A DNA stretch of 63,530 bases, counting the filler, from Chiloscyllium plagiosum (taxonomy: Eukaryota): NCBI RefSeq assembly GCF_004010195.1. It is 4 parts of one record of this genome, joined end to end, with 100 filler letters (N's around TTAATTAATTAA, not from the genome) between each part and the next. Parts side by side here need not be neighbours in the genome. Positions count along the whole stretch, not along the records: positions 59,663 to 63,530 come from NC_057711.1; 3 more parts are not named here. The stretch is one strand, 5' to 3'. Of the stretch, positions 62,895 through 63,530 are shown in pieces (the stretch's first letter is position 1; each line of letters starts with the position of its first letter). The notes beneath the pieces were generated by a model, which was not told the DNA's origin, made no database searches, and was given only the letters and a program-made list of their open reading frames with translations. A program made the position numbers and the translations under genes.

Positions 62895-63530
62895 TAGAAC
62901 ATTCACTTTGAGTGCGAGCAGCAGCTAAGGTAAGACAGTTTGTTTTAAAATTACTTACCGGTAGCGGGCAGCGGTGTTTTTTTCTCTCTTCACAGAAAGA
63001 GCAGGAGCAGCAGGGGGAAGTGACGAAGACCAGAGGGGCAGCCGGATAGGTTTTTGTTTCCCTTTAAAAGCGCGCAGGAGAAGAACCCGAGGCACTACAG
63101 AGGTAGTGCCTCCCACCCGCCCTCCTCCTCTAACCTAAATAATAAGACCCGTTGTGGTAAGTAGGTAAGTGCTGCATTTTGCTTGTTGTATACTTTAGAC
63201 CCAGTTTTTTTTAAAAATAAATGTTAGCTTTAGAGGGATGGCAGTGAAGGCAGTGCAATGTTCCTCCTGCAACATGTATGAGGTGAGGGATGCCATCGAC
63301 GTCCCTGCCGATTACACTTGCAGGAAGTGCACCCATCTCCAGCCCCTCCAAGACCGTGTTAGGGAACTGGAGCTGGAGTTGGATGAACGTAGGATCATTC
63401 GGGAGGCAGATGGGGTCATAGATCGGAGCTTTAGGGAAGTAATAACTCCAAAGATTGCAGACAGATGGGTGACAGTGAGGGGGACTGGGAGGAAGCAGCC
63501 AGTGCAGGGACCCCCTGCGGCCGTCCCCCT
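62895..63530 (+). mobile_element. 5' end of a CR1 LINE: 5' UTR and intact ORF1 start (ATG 63238, open to the window end)
   Basis: MAVKAVQCSSCNMYEVRDAIDVPADYTCRKCTHLQPLQDRVRELELELDERRIIRE...: CxxC..CxxC zinc finger followed by a coiled coil, typical of CR1 ORF1. CpGs are retained. Confidence 0.88.

Overview
Eukaryotic, repeat-rich genomic DNA from a cartilaginous fish, most likely a shark (inferred from HE1/V-SINEs, Deu-domain SINEs, abundant CR1 LINEs and Penelope-like elements). The only host protein-coding gene I can support is on the minus strand. It is the 5' part of a pikachurin (EGFLAM)-like gene with five exons: 41886-41994 (signal peptide), 37517-37623, 36656-36742, a 27-nt microexon at 34607-34633, and 31261-31378. 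They splice in frame through canonical GT-AG sites into a signal peptide plus one complete fibronectin type III domain. I found no later EGFLAM exons (FN3-2, EGF, laminin G) in the 31 kb downstream, which includes one assembly gap. That downstream region holds a local tandem segmental duplication (4 full copies and 1 partial copy of a ~0.7-kb non-transposon core, with candidate exons) and a large minisatellite. The rest is mobile DNA: many CR1 fragments, the intact 5' end of a CR1 at the right edge, Penelope GIY-YIG elements, four families of elements carrying minimal hammerhead ribozyme motifs, a nested pair of solo LTRs, a decayed Gypsy provirus with an E-box minisatellite inside its RT, Tx1/L1 and Rex1 fragments, and a MITE. 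There are four assembly gaps, three with an artificial TTAATTAATTAA linker. All repeat boundaries are approximate, and comparisons to known proteins are from memory, not from a database search.
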